From the IMG/VR virus record IMGVR_UViG_3300046777_001511, positions 4,602 to 68,601 of that record: 64,000 nucleotides of DNA; one strand, 5' to 3'. A program made the translations under genes and the position numbers. This DNA comes from a virus. Positions 37,600 through 47,640 of this stretch are shown one piece after another (within the stretch, counting starts at the first letter, position 1; each line of letters begins with the position of its first letter). The notes under the pieces were generated by a model. The model did no database searches. It was not told the origin of the DNA and saw only the letters and a program-made list of their open reading frames with translations.

Positions 37600-39657
37600 T
37601 TAATATTTTATCATTGAAGGATCTCCAATTAAAATGCTTGATGTTTGACCAACTGTTAAATTGTTGGAAACACTAGCATCATTTTTAGCAATTCCATTAG
37701 GGGATTGATTATTATATCTTGTACCTCTCGCATTAGTAGAACTCTTTTTTGTATTAGTGAGCATCAATAATTGTTGATGTCTTGATAATGTGCAATTAGT
37801 AATAGTTACAAACTTCGCTATTTTTTCAAAGTTATCGGTAAATGTTACTGTATAATTTGATGCGGAAGTAGAAGCAACTATTGTTTTAAAATTAGGTTTA
37901 CCACAAAAAAACTCATTCATAGTTAAAATTGTGGTTGTTCCTGCAATATTAACACTTTTCCAAGCAATTTTGTGCATATTTGTAAGCGTGTGATTAAAAT
38001 TTTGATTTAAGTATAAATCACATTTACTTGCATCAACATTACCTCTTATTAAGTTTATTATTCTTGAAGCTCCATTTGCGAAATTGATAGGACTGCTAAT
38101 GGTTATTTTACCACTAGTATCAAAGTACAAGTTTGTATTTATAGGATAAGCTATACTTAAACTTGATATAACACCATTGCCTACCATATAAATATTTCCT
38201 GCTCCTTGAGTTGATGCGGGCGCATTAAAAAATACACTACCACCAACATAAACTGTTCCTGTAATTGAAGAAACACCTGTATTGCTACTATATGTTAAAT
38301 TATTTGAACAATAAATTATTCCTGAATATGTTATTGTTGTATTTGTTGCTCCAGAAGAAGAATTATTTATATTGCAATTTCCGCAATAAATATTAAAAGC
38401 ACCGTTTATGGTTCCTTGACCACCACAAGTAAAAGTGTTTGAAATATATAAATTATTTGCTAATGTCATAGTATTTGCTCCACTACTAGCAAAGAAAAAA
38501 TTATTCCAAGTAATATTAGGGGTATTTATTGTAGCATTTACAGTTTGAAAAGTATTAGAATTAGTAATAACATCTACATCTCCTAATGTATGTGTTAGTG
38601 TACCTGTCGCATAATAAACATTAGCACCTAAAGTTAAAGTTCCACTTGTTTTATTTATAGTAACGCTTGTCCCTAAATAACCTGCCGCCGTATGATTCCA
38701 AGTTTGATTAACTGTTCCATTAAAATTTATTAATGTTGTTCCACCTATAGAAGCAGTTGTTGTTATACTTAAATTTCCTGTAATAAAAATATTATTACTT
38801 GTAAGTGTCATTGCAGTTGTTCCCGATAATGATAAATTTCCTGCTATTGTAAAATCATTACTAAAAGTGTATGTTTGAGATGTTCCTGCAAAAGTAACAT
38901 TGTTCCAAGTTATTCCATTAGCAGCAAATGTTGTAGATACTACAGAATTTAAAGTTGATGTGCCTGCATCAACAATTCCTTGAACATAGGTAAAAGTTCC
39001 TGTGTTGTAGTTTATTGTTCCTGATAAAGAAAGTGTGCCGCCAGTTTTATCTATTTTAATATTATTTCTTACTGCTCCAGTTGCGGTCCAAGAAATATTT
39101 TGATTTGCAGTACCGGTAAACTTAATTAAAGCTGTTCCTGCTAAAACTGACGAAGTACCACTATATGTAAAATCTCCTAATACATCAAATCTTTCAGTGT
39201 CTAAAACATTAGCTGAACTTAAAGTTATTGTAGTGCCAACTGAGCCACCTACTGTAACCGCTCCACTAATAGTAGCTTTATCATTTAAAGTTATAGTATA
39301 AGTACCAGATAAAAAAGTTAATTTTCCTGTCCAAACTTTATTGTTTGATGTAATAAAACCTGTTCCGGTTTTTCTAAAATCTCCATTAGCATTCGTTACA
39401 ACTGTATATGTAGCATTTCCGCCTGCATCACCAAACACTATATTGCCATTAATAATCAATGAAGAATTAAAAGTAATTACATTTTGATAATTAGAAAAAT
39501 CTATATTTGTTATAGTAGTGCTAATATTAACAGTTAGTTGACCTGATGATGTCGTAAAGTCAATATTGTCTGCCGCTCCCGGAATACCAACCCCACCGAC
39601 ATAAGTTGATGCAGAATTTATATTACCACCACCCGGAGCTACTGTGTAAGTTGCCAT
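37600..39657 (-). CDS. Beta-solenoid tail spike/receptor-binding protein
   Basis: T/N/G-rich internal repeats (G..NQ...W.....INKT.GTL.L). Confidence 0.7.
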   Translation of the reverse strand: MATYTVAPGGGNINSASTYVGGVGIPGAADNIDFTTSSGQLTVNISTTITNIDFSNYQNVITFNSSLIINGNIVFGDAGGNATYTVVTNANGDFRKTGTGFITSNNKVWTGKLTFLSGTYTITLNDKATISGAVTVGGSVGTTITLSSANVLDTERFDVLGDFTYSGTSSVLAGTALIKFTGTANQNISWTATGAVRNNIKIDKTGGTLSLSGTINYNTGTFTYVQGIVDAGTSTLNSVVSTTFAANGITWNNVTFAGTSQTYTFSNDFTIAGNLSLSGTTAMTLTSNNIFITGNLSITTTASIGGTTLINFNGTVNQTWNHTAAGYLGTSVTINKTSGTLTLGANVYYATGTLTHTLGDVDVITNSNTFQTVNATINTPNITWNNFFFASSGANTMTLANNLYISNTFTCGGQGTINGAFNIYCGNCNINNSSSGATNTTITYSGIIYCSNNLTYSSNTGVSSITGTVYVGGSVFFNAPASTQGAGNIYMVGNGVISSLSIAYPINTNLYFDTSGKITISSPINFANGASRIINLIRGNVDASKCDLYLNQNFNHTLTNMHKIAWKSVNIAGTTTILTMNEFFCGKPNFKTIVASTSASNYTVTFTDNFEKIAKFVTITNCTLSRHQQLLMLTNTKKSSTNARGTRYNNQSPNGIAKNDASVSNNLTVGQTSSILIGDPSMIKY

Positions 39658-39670
39658 AACTTATAATTTA

Positions 39671-40090
39671 TTAATAATCACCAGCAAAAGCACAAGCATC
39701 AGTTTGGTCTTGAACTCCAGCATAAACAGATTGAATAACCGTCATTAATTGGCTTGATTTCATAATTATCGGTTGGTCAAAAGTATAAATAGCTGTTTGC
39801 CCAATAGCTGTTGTAGATCTTGTTGCTGCTCCAGCCGCAACTTCCCCAATTAATCTTGGATTAGCTCCTGCTGTATCAGATAAAAATATTCTATATACTT
39901 TTGCTCCTGCCGCTGCCGCTGTAGCTTGAGAATTAATAAATCTTACGCCATCTACTCTTGTGCCGTCAGTTACCGCAGTAACCAATGTTACTAAAGTTCC
40001 TGATCCATCAGATGCGGTATTAGCCGCTGCTATTCTAGCAGGAGTAAAGTTACCCTGCTTTATAAATATTGGAGTTGTGTTTGCCGCCAT
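39671..40090 (-). CDS. Tail fibre-associated structural protein
   Basis: MAANT.PIF...ANTA.DGSGTL motif; Ala/Thr-rich. Confidence 0.6.
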   Translation of the reverse strand: MAANTTPIFIKQGNFTPARIAAANTASDGSGTLVTLVTAVTDGTRVDGVRFINSQATAAAAGAKVYRIFLSDTAGANPRLIGEVAAGAATRSTTAIGQTAIYTFDQPIIMKSSQLMTVIQSVYAGVQDQTDACAFAGDY

Positions 40091-40353
40091 TATATTAAAG
40101 TATTATTATTTATATATTCTATTAATTCTTCGTTGCTATATTCTTTTATTTTTATAGTCATATCTCCGTTATCAACTACTCTAGTTATATGAATGCCTTG
40201 TATTCCTATTTCTGTAGCAGCTCCTTTTATTTCGTCTGTATGATAAACGCCATCAGCATACTCTAATGGATTACATAAACAAGAGTAAGTAATTTCCTCT
40301 GGATATGGCAAGCTTTCTATAATATGCCCATCGGGCGCAGGGTATGTCATCAT
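40090..40353 (-). CDS. Hypothetical protein (possible fibre chaperone)
   Basis: Small acidic ORF among fibre genes. Confidence 0.5.
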   Translation of the reverse strand: MMTYPAPDGHIIESLPYPEEITYSCLCNPLEYADGVYHTDEIKGAATEIGIQGIHITRVVDNGDMTIKIKEYSNEELIEYINNNTLI

Positions 40354-40383
40354 ATTTTTTTTTGTTTTAAAATTAATAATTTT

Positions 40384-41337
40384 TTATATAAAATTGTAAT
40401 AAGCAAATAAATTATTTGTGGCAGTAGCTACCCCGCCTCCGCCCCCAGTTGGTTGTTTATTTTCCCATAATTGTGTTGAACTATTGTAAGTCAAAACATC
40501 ATTATTGGCTAAAGTTCCTGTATTAATGTAAACGTTATGAAGCTCATCTAGCTCCCATCCGTTCATTATCTTAACGTATATCTTTCCGTTTACGGCGTGA
40601 GAATATTCTACGTATCCTATTACTACAATATGACCTGTTGAACCATTTGGCTTAACATTTGTAATTGCTCCCGGAGTTGTTGGGCTCAAATAAAGAACAT
40701 TTCCGTCTCCCCATGTTTCACCTTGTAAACTACCAGTAGTATCTATTCCTTCTAATTGACCAACAGTGATTATAAATCCTTCCTGATTTGTAGCTATTGT
40801 TTCTGTTACAACACCTAATGTATCAGCAGAATTATTATCGTTATTTGCTTGCGCTAAATCAATCGCTAATCTTTGTCCTTGTGCTCCACTAACTTTTACA
40901 ACTTGATATGCTGCTTTAGTTAATGTGGTATTTGGAACGACTTTGTTTACCACTCTAGCAACTAAGTCAACTCCGTTTTTTAAGGTTACACTTCCTCCCT
41001 TTAATAAGGTCTCAGAAGAACCTAATGAATCATTCCATGTAGTAGATCCCACAACAGGAGTTCCTGTAGGTGAAGTATCTAAATTAAATTGTCCAGCGGA
41101 TATTCCGTATTCGCCTAAGTTTACATCCTGAGTAGCTCCCGTATAAGGAACGTACCCACTAGGATCCATTTGTACCCAATTAGTACCGTCTGAATAATAA
41201 TATTGTCCTGCCCAATACACTATTCTTTTAGTGTTAGCACTTGCAGCATTTGTAGTAATATCTAAAGTGTCTGCTTTTAAATTATTAACCTCATTGTCTT
41301 GAAGATTAATATTTACAAAAAACTTTTTTTCTGACAT
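40384..41337 (-). CDS. Tail fibre protein
   Basis: VPYTGAT.DVNLG, LYLSPTT.G, ELDELH.V, L.YNS...WEN motifs. Confidence 0.75.
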   Translation of the reverse strand: MSEKKFFVNINLQDNEVNNLKADTLDITTNAASANTKRIVYWAGQYYYSDGTNWVQMDPSGYVPYTGATQDVNLGEYGISAGQFNLDTSPTGTPVVGSTTWNDSLGSSETLLKGGSVTLKNGVDLVARVVNKVVPNTTLTKAAYQVVKVSGAQGQRLAIDLAQANNDNNSADTLGVVTETIATNQEGFIITVGQLEGIDTTGSLQGETWGDGNVLYLSPTTPGAITNVKPNGSTGHIVVIGYVEYSHAVNGKIYVKIMNGWELDELHNVYINTGTLANNDVLTYNSSTQLWENKQPTGGGGGVATATNNLFAYYNFI

Positions 41338-41354
41338 ATTATTATTTGTTTAAA

Positions 41355-41382
41355 ATATCCCCTCTATATTTCAAGAGGGGAT
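41355..41382 (-). terminator. Intrinsic terminator
   Basis: ATCCCCTCT...AGAGGGGAT hairpin. Confidence 0.65.
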
Positions 41383-41392
41383 TATTTAATTT

Positions 41393-43051
41393 TTATTTAG
41401 AAACACCTACACTTACAGATGCAGGAGCAGCAATGTTAGATTTTAATACAATTGTATTAGCATCAGAAACTTGAACTGCAAATTCTACTAAGTTACCTGA
41501 AACATAAGCAGATACTTTTGGATTAGAAGAGTTAACAAAATGAGCCACCTCTAAAGAGTAATAACCTTTTACAGCATCATAAGTCCAATCAGTATCAGCA
41601 AATGTTGCACTAAACACAGAAGCACCTAATTGAGTATCTACATAGTTCTTAGTAGCAGCGTCTTGAGCAGATGTTGGGTCTGATAAGTTAATAATAGAAT
41701 TGCTATTTGCCTCTAAAGATGAGCCTAATGTAGCATTACTTAAATTAGGGTTTAAAATAGCATTACTATTCATGTTAATGTCACCTGACATTATACCACC
41801 TGCTAAGTCTAACTTAGTAGCAAGACCAGTATCGGTATAAGCATTAGCATCAGCAATAGCTTCAGATTTAGCAGTTGCAATAGCAGCATTTCTATCAATA
41901 ACTTCTTGTGCAATCTCACCATCAGTGTAAGAGTTAGCATCTGCAATAGCCTCACCTTTTGCTGTAGCAATAGCAGCATTTCTGTCAGTTACTTCTTGAG
42001 AAATAGCTGAATCTGTATAAGAATTAGCATTTGATTCTGCTGTAGCAGCAGCACCAGCAGCATCGTAGTTTGGAGCTAAACTGTCAGCATAAGCTTTAGC
42101 GTTATTTTCAGCAGTAGTAGCTGATCCAGCAGCATCATAATTAGGAGCAAGACTATCAGCGTATGCTTTAGCATTGTTCTCTGCTGTTGTAGCTGAACCT
42201 GCTGCGTCATAATTTGGAGCTAATGAATCTGCATAAGCTTTTGCATTATTTTCTGCTGTTAAAGCAACACCATCTGCATAACTTTCAGCAGCAGCTTGAG
42301 CAGCGTCAGCTTTTGCAGTAGCATCAGCAGAAGCAGTTGCCTCAGCATTTGATTGTGCAGTTGAAGCAGCATTATCTACATAATCTTTGTTAGCTGCATC
42401 ACCTCCGTTTACTGGAGCAGATATGTTAGTAATGACATTACTATCCATATCAAGGGCACCAGTCATTGCTTGACTACCATCTCTTGCTAACTTATCTGTT
42501 TCTAAAGCATCAATTGAATTATTAATGTCAGCAAGTTGAGAAGAAGCAGCAAATGTAGCAGGAGTTAATACAACTGCACCACCTTCTGTTCCAGCATCAA
42601 CCTCAGCTTGTGTAGCTAATCTTACAATACCATCTACTGAATCAGTAGCAATAACTACATTACCTTGAAGAATTAACCAATCACTAATAGAAGCTCCTGC
42701 GTCATCAACTGTCGCAATTAAAGAATCACCAACTTGAACAGCTTCACCTAAGAAAGTACCTGCTGCTGTTGCAACCCAAAAGAAACCTTTTTTAGCTGTA
42801 CCATTAGCAATATCAGGAATGTTTGTTGTTGGGTCATAACCACCTTGAAGAATCAAACCACCTGTTACTGCTGAAATATCAGACAAGTCAGCTACTTGTT
42901 GAACACTTGAACCATTATAGTATTCTAATCTTGTTCCATTATACTGAAATGAACCACCTTTGGTCATATCAGAGTTTGTACCGATTGTTGCGTTTTTTAA
43001 CGCATTGCCTTGTAGATTAATATCTACAAAAAACTTTTTGTCTACTGCCAT
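41393..43051 (-). CDS. Tail fibre with coiled-coil tandem repeats
   Basis: GIVRLATQAE, DAANKDYVD/DAATKNYVD motifs, 24-aa repeats. Confidence 0.8.
   Translation of the reverse strand: MAVDKKFFVDINLQGNALKNATIGTNSDMTKGGSFQYNGTRLEYYNGSSVQQVADLSDISAVTGGLILQGGYDPTTNIPDIANGTAKKGFFWVATAAGTFLGEAVQVGDSLIATVDDAGASISDWLILQGNVVIATDSVDGIVRLATQAEVDAGTEGGAVVLTPATFAASSQLADINNSIDALETDKLARDGSQAMTGALDMDSNVITNISAPVNGGDAANKDYVDNAASTAQSNAEATASADATAKADAAQAAAESYADGVALTAENNAKAYADSLAPNYDAAGSATTAENNAKAYADSLAPNYDAAGSATTAENNAKAYADSLAPNYDAAGAAATAESNANSYTDSAISQEVTDRNAAIATAKGEAIADANSYTDGEIAQEVIDRNAAIATAKSEAIADANAYTDTGLATKLDLAGGIMSGDINMNSNAILNPNLSNATLGSSLEANSNSIINLSDPTSAQDAATKNYVDTQLGASVFSATFADTDWTYDAVKGYYSLEVAHFVNSSNPKVSAYVSGNLVEFAVQVSDANTIVLKSNIAAPASVSVGVSK
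42045..42260 (-). repeat. Three tandem 72-bp (24-aa) repeats in the fibre gene
   Basis: TAENNAKAYADSLAPNYDAAG x3 with divergent synonymous codons. Confidence 0.85.
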
Positions 43052-43104
43052 TTTTTTGTTTTTTTGTTTTTTTATTTAGATTCTATCACCACGATAGAAT
43101 TTTT

Positions 43105-43563
43105 TTAATTACAATATACGTATCCTGTTGTAGCTGTGTTAAATGTAACAACCACGTTATTATCGTCAGTCCAAGTTATGCTAGCTTCTATTTCTTCAAA
43201 GCTATCATTAACCACTTGAACAGAACATCTTTTTGCTAAATTATGAGCCACATTCCATGTAGTACTTGCTACAGATTGTGTGTGAACATAATTCTTATCG
43301 CCTGTTTCACTATTGTCTATTTTTTGCCAAATAGTACCATTGAATATAGCCCAATCGTCTATGTCCCAATCGGTTATTCCGTCTAGGTTAGTATTCCCAG
43401 CAGTTGAAACTACATAATAATCCCCAGCAGTTCCTACCCCACTCGTTAAAAATGGAGAATTAGCATTAGCATCCCAAGTACCTTTATAGGTTAACCCAGC
43501 GCCAGTTCCTCCACCGCCATTTTGCGAGAATATCCTTCTGTAATTTTTTAATGCTGTTATCAT
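43105..43563 (-). CDS. Tail fibre adaptor protein
   Basis: YKGTWDA...GDYYVV...WQKIDN and TWNVAHNL domains. Confidence 0.65.
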   Translation of the reverse strand: MITALKNYRRIFSQNGGGGTGAGLTYKGTWDANANSPFLTSGVGTAGDYYVVSTAGNTNLDGITDWDIDDWAIFNGTIWQKIDNSETGDKNYVHTQSVASTTWNVAHNLAKRCSVQVVNDSFEEIEASITWTDDNNVVVTFNTATTGYVYCN

Positions 43564-43566
43564 TTT

Positions 43567-43905
43567 TTACTTATAATATTGTACGTGTAAAGTATGAGTT
43601 CCTGCTGTTGTTCTGATAACTCTAAAATTCATCATATTAGTGCCATTATCAATATCGAAAAAATCTAAATGATTTAATGCCATTCCAACAGTTGATGTAG
43701 GAAGAGTATCGTTACCTAACATTAAGTATCTTACAGGTATAGAAGCTGTAACATCGCTCTCTAGTCTTAATTCAGCATAGGTAGCTCCGTCAGGAATTGT
43801 TAAGGCCTGAGCTGTTCCGGTTATTGATAATTTCTCATAACCAATAGCTATACTATCTTTTTCGCTTAATAGCCTATATAATGTATTTCTATTTTGAGTA
43901 TTCAT
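43567..43905 (-). CDS. Small virion protein
   Basis: Beta-rich; LTIP.GA, VRY, PT..VG, LHVQYY. Confidence 0.55.
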   Translation of the reverse strand: MNTQNRNTLYRLLSEKDSIAIGYEKLSITGTAQALTIPDGATYAELRLESDVTASIPVRYLMLGNDTLPTSTVGMALNHLDFFDIDNGTNMMNFRVIRTTAGTHTLHVQYYK

Positions 43906-43917
43906 GATTAGTATTTA

Positions 43918-43943
43918 AAAAAGGGGAACTTTTACATTCCCCT
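43918..43943 (-). terminator. Intrinsic terminator
   Basis: AAGGGGAA...TTCCCCTT with a U-tract on the - strand. Confidence 0.7.
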
Positions 43944-43961
43944 TATTATTTATTGGGTTTA

Positions 43962-45569
43962 TTAGATTTTCCAATCATCAGCGTTAACAGCTAAAAGCTC
44001 GCTAATGATTACATCGGGATCACCACCACCTACGTTTACTGCACGTACGGTTGGAATTAAAATGTCACCAGCATCTAAAACTAATGGAGTAGTACCTACT
44101 GAATAAACAGGGTAAACAACACCATTGTAAAGAGCAGTTACAACACCACTTCCGTCAACTCTAATTTCGAAAGTTTCGCTAGCTCCATCAGCAGGAACAA
44201 CAGCAGTGTTAGTAGCAACAGTTGCAGCATTATTTAAAATACCCCAAGTGTAAACTAAATCACCGATGAATCCAATTGCAGCTAAATCAGTGTAATTGTT
44301 GAAATCAGCTTGATGAGCAGCTTTTTTACGTAAACCTATTACTACAGAAGCGTCAGTATGATCAGTTACAGTCAAACGAGCTAAAACTGAAATTCCTGAT
44401 GCGCCAACTGTAAATTCTTTAGGACAAGCAGTTAATAAAGAAGGAGTGTATTCAGCACCTTCAGTAGCAGTAGCGTCTTGATCTAAATTTAATCCACCAT
44501 CAACAGGCGTTGGAACTGCAATTGTAGCATCTCCGATTAAATGATACACAAGTTGACCGTATTCAGTAGCCATTTTATTTTGTGCACCCGCACTACCTGC
44601 TCCAGATGTTGGAACAGCTCCAGCAGCACCTTGAAACAAAGTTGGGCTATCGAAAAATTCACCTACGATTGTAGCGTAAGCTGAATAAAACTTAACAACT
44701 AATCTGTGGAATGCTTCTTCAAAAGCAATAAATCCTGCTAAGTTAGCTGTAGAAGCACCAGTTCCGTTATCAACATAAACGATTGTTTCGTAAGGAACTA
44801 AAGCCCACTGACCTGTCACGTTATGTGCAGATTGTAATTCTAAAGTTTCAATACGGAAACCATCATAGTTTTGTCCGCTTACAGCATAAGAGCCATCAGC
44901 AGCAACAGGAGCAGTAAATACACCAGAAGCAAGGTTTCCTGCCATGTTGTACATTACCGGTTTCTGAAGTAATAACTCAGCACCTACACCGAAAGAATAA
45001 ACAGCAGCAGTTACTACTGATACAGAAGATGATCCAAATCCTGAACCATCATTGTTCATAGCAGCGATAACAGTTGTTGCTCCTAAACGGTTTGATTGAT
45101 TTTGACCATGAACAGGGTAGTAACCTGCATCGTCAGTGATTGTAAATCCTGCACCACCACCTAATGTAGCAGCCGTAACATAATTGTTAAGGTTAGCATT
45201 GATTTTAGAAATGATTTCACCATGAATGAACTCACGTTGCGCAGCAGCGTTAGCTCCAATCAAAGTTAAATCAGCAGGAGTAGTGTAAGAGTATGGTAAC
45301 AATACTTCGTGACCACCTTGAATTACACGATTTACATCTCCTAATAAAATTGTGTACTTAGTTGATGCAGTAGGAGTATAAGATCCTAATCCTGCTTCTA
45401 CAACTTGTACTACTTCGGCTCTGTACTTTTCTTGTTTGATAGAAACGATTCTATCAACATTAATCGCACGTTTAGCCCCTGTGATAGTTAATTCTCTACC
45501 ACTGTACTTTAAGTCTGCTGCTGAAGAACTCTTCAACAAGATAGACTGAAGTGCTGGTTTTAAACTCAT
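43962..45569 (-). CDS. Putative auxiliary capsid/decoration protein
   Basis: Own promoter and terminator, codon choice similar to MCP, position near MCP. Confidence 0.55.
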   Translation of the reverse strand: MSLKPALQSILLKSSSAADLKYSGRELTITGAKRAINVDRIVSIKQEKYRAEVVQVVEAGLGSYTPTASTKYTILLGDVNRVIQGGHEVLLPYSYTTPADLTLIGANAAAQREFIHGEIISKINANLNNYVTAATLGGGAGFTITDDAGYYPVHGQNQSNRLGATTVIAAMNNDGSGFGSSSVSVVTAAVYSFGVGAELLLQKPVMYNMAGNLASGVFTAPVAADGSYAVSGQNYDGFRIETLELQSAHNVTGQWALVPYETIVYVDNGTGASTANLAGFIAFEEAFHRLVVKFYSAYATIVGEFFDSPTLFQGAAGAVPTSGAGSAGAQNKMATEYGQLVYHLIGDATIAVPTPVDGGLNLDQDATATEGAEYTPSLLTACPKEFTVGASGISVLARLTVTDHTDASVVIGLRKKAAHQADFNNYTDLAAIGFIGDLVYTWGILNNAATVATNTAVVPADGASETFEIRVDGSGVVTALYNGVVYPVYSVGTTPLVLDAGDILIPTVRAVNVGGGDPDVIISELLAVNADDWKI

Positions 45570-45600
45570 GTTTTCTTGTTTTTATTGGTTTATAATAATA

Positions 45601-45608
45601 CAAATATA
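45601..45608 (-). promoter_or_regulatory. -7 promoter element TATATTTG
   Basis: CAAATATA upstream of 45569. Confidence 0.55.
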
Positions 45609-45658
45609 TTATTTATAATTAATCTAATTATAAATAAGATTTGTTAGTTTTCAACAAA

Positions 45659-46438
45659 TTATTGTTTCTCAACTTCTTTTTGTAAAAACGCGGATTTGTT
45701 ATAATCTTCAATGGTTCCATTCATTATTTCGGATGCTAATTTGCACACTTCGTCATGAACATTTTCAGGCATATCACAATTAACTATAATTGAATTTAAA
45801 ATAACTATTCCTGATGTTAAAGAAGTTGCAGATGCAGTAAATGTTTGGCCTGCGTAATAAGTAGTTCCTGCGTGAACACATTCTTGATAAACGATATAAA
45901 CTTGACCTATTGTCAATACTGATCCTCCCGGATAAATCTTATTGCTTTCAGTTCCTATCGAAACAGTGTTTGGAACTTTTAAATAAGTTAATGTTGCACT
46001 TGTAAAAGTACCCGTTCCAAAATAAACATTTAATCCATCTTTGTTTTCAATGTAATATGTTTTTTTAGGAGTTGGCTTTCTAAACGGATCAACCTGCAAT
46101 GGTCCTATCTCGTTTAAATTAGTCGGTTTTGAGTAAACTGAATTTCCATCAACTGTAGTGTACATATTGCCAAAATAATAGAAATCAGCAGGATACGTTA
46201 CATTAATGCCAGTTGGAACTACTGTCGCCGTTTTAATTAATGTATATAATTCTCTTCTAACTTGCTCATTACTCTGAAAAGAATATCTTCTAAATATTTT
46301 CTTATTATCCGTTTTATCTTTAAACATTGCATTTATGGATGAGTTTATAGCATCCATATAGTTTGAATCGGCAAAACGAGCTGACTTATATCTATCATTG
46401 TAGAAGTCAATTCTTTCCATCATTTCTATAGCATTCAT
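45659..46438 (-). CDS. Head-tail ring protein (crAss-like)
   Basis: EL.TL, P.D..Y, DPF.KP, L.YLK.P, H.E...LA motifs. Confidence 0.65.
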   Translation of the reverse strand: MNAIEMMERIDFYNDRYKSARFADSNYMDAINSSINAMFKDKTDNKKIFRRYSFQSNEQVRRELYTLIKTATVVPTGINVTYPADFYYFGNMYTTVDGNSVYSKPTNLNEIGPLQVDPFRKPTPKKTYYIENKDGLNVYFGTGTFTSATLTYLKVPNTVSIGTESNKIYPGGSVLTIGQVYIVYQECVHAGTTYYAGQTFTASATSLTSGIVILNSIIVNCDMPENVHDEVCKLASEIMNGTIEDYNKSAFLQKEVEKQ

Positions 46439-46451
46439 ACTTTTATAATTT

Positions 46452-46476
46452 AAAAAAGCGGCATTTAGCCGCCTTT
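46452..46476 (-). terminator. Intrinsic terminator
   Basis: AAAAAAGCGGC-ATTTA-GCCGC. Confidence 0.7.
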
Positions 46477-46478
46477 AT

Positions 46479-47570
46479 TTATTTGTTTTCTTGTTCTTTT
46501 TTAGCTTTTTCTATTTCTTCTTTTAGCTTTTGAACTCCGAAAAGGTGACTGCCCCTTATTCCTAATTCTTTGGCTTCTTTAACTAAATCTTCTTTTTCAG
46601 ATTCATTAACTTCCATTTTAGGAGCTGCATCGGCAGGTATTAATTTTCTTCTTAATTCTTCAAGCTCTCTTTCTTTTGCCTCTAATTGTTTTCTCATTTC
46701 TTCTACAGGATTAACCTGCTTAGGAACAACCGGAGTAAAAGCGTGAACCGAGTTAGTTTCTTTCTCTTTTGATAACATATCAATTGCTGAAAGTAACTGT
46801 ATATTTCTAGTCAAATAAGAATAAGCTTGCGGCTCTGTTTTACCCAATACTTGACCTTCATAAGTGTATCCGTAAGTTTGATTAAATGAAATCAATCCAT
46901 TTTTCAAAGCTCTTTTAAATACAACCATTCCTTGTCTGTCTGGATTATCCCAAATTGATAAAAACTTTTTGTGATCCGTATCTGCTATTTTTAATATTTC
47001 AGCAGTTAACATTGTTTGAGAATGAGCTTCGGGACGTATTCCAAATGCAGGACCTAAATCCACCATTTGTTCATAAGTCAAGTTTTCAGCAATCTCAGCC
47101 GATCTTTTTCTTTCTGACCTTTCTTCAAGATAATTGCTAGCCTTTCTTTGTTGGTCAATAACTCTCCAATTAGGTTTACCAAATTGGTTAGGGCTACCTT
47201 CCATTGTGTAGTGACGGCTTAATACAATGTATCTTTGTCTTTCTTTTCTGTTTGATAAATCAAAGAACTCAAATTCTTTTAGATTAATGCGCTCCCAAAT
47301 AATGTCCTTAGTTACTCTGTCAACTCCAATATCAATACCGAATATTGCTCCGGTTTGTTTGTCATTAACTGTTTTAATAATTACATTCTTGTTGTTTCTT
47401 GCGCTTACTTTTGTTGCCTCAATCTTTACGATTCCTGTATTAGGACACCAGCTTGGATGTTCTAAATTAGCAACTTTTAATTCAAAGCCATGTCCATCTT
47501 TAATGATTTTAAACATTGGCGATTTTTCTTCCATAACGGCTCCACCGTTAGCTTCTTGAAGTGTATTCAT
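46479..47570 (-). CDS. Conserved crAss-like protein downstream of MCP with C-terminal Rho-N-like domain
   Basis: EDLVKEAKELGI...LKEEI C-terminus; position. Confidence 0.55.
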   Translation of the reverse strand: MNTLQEANGGAVMEEKSPMFKIIKDGHGFELKVANLEHPSWCPNTGIVKIEATKVSARNNKNVIIKTVNDKQTGAIFGIDIGVDRVTKDIIWERINLKEFEFFDLSNRKERQRYIVLSRHYTMEGSPNQFGKPNWRVIDQQRKASNYLEERSERKRSAEIAENLTYEQMVDLGPAFGIRPEAHSQTMLTAEILKIADTDHKKFLSIWDNPDRQGMVVFKRALKNGLISFNQTYGYTYEGQVLGKTEPQAYSYLTRNIQLLSAIDMLSKEKETNSVHAFTPVVPKQVNPVEEMRKQLEAKERELEELRRKLIPADAAPKMEVNESEKEDLVKEAKELGIRGSHLFGVQKLKEEIEKAKKEQENK

Positions 47571-47591
47571 TTTGTTTATTATTTATTGATT

Positions 47592-47622
47592 TAAAAAATC
47601 CCCCTCAAATTAAGAGGGGGAC
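47592..47622 (-). terminator. Intrinsic terminator after MCP
   Basis: AAAAAATCCCCCTC...GAGGGGGA. Confidence 0.75.
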
Positions 47623-47640
47623 TTATTTTTAAAGAACTAA

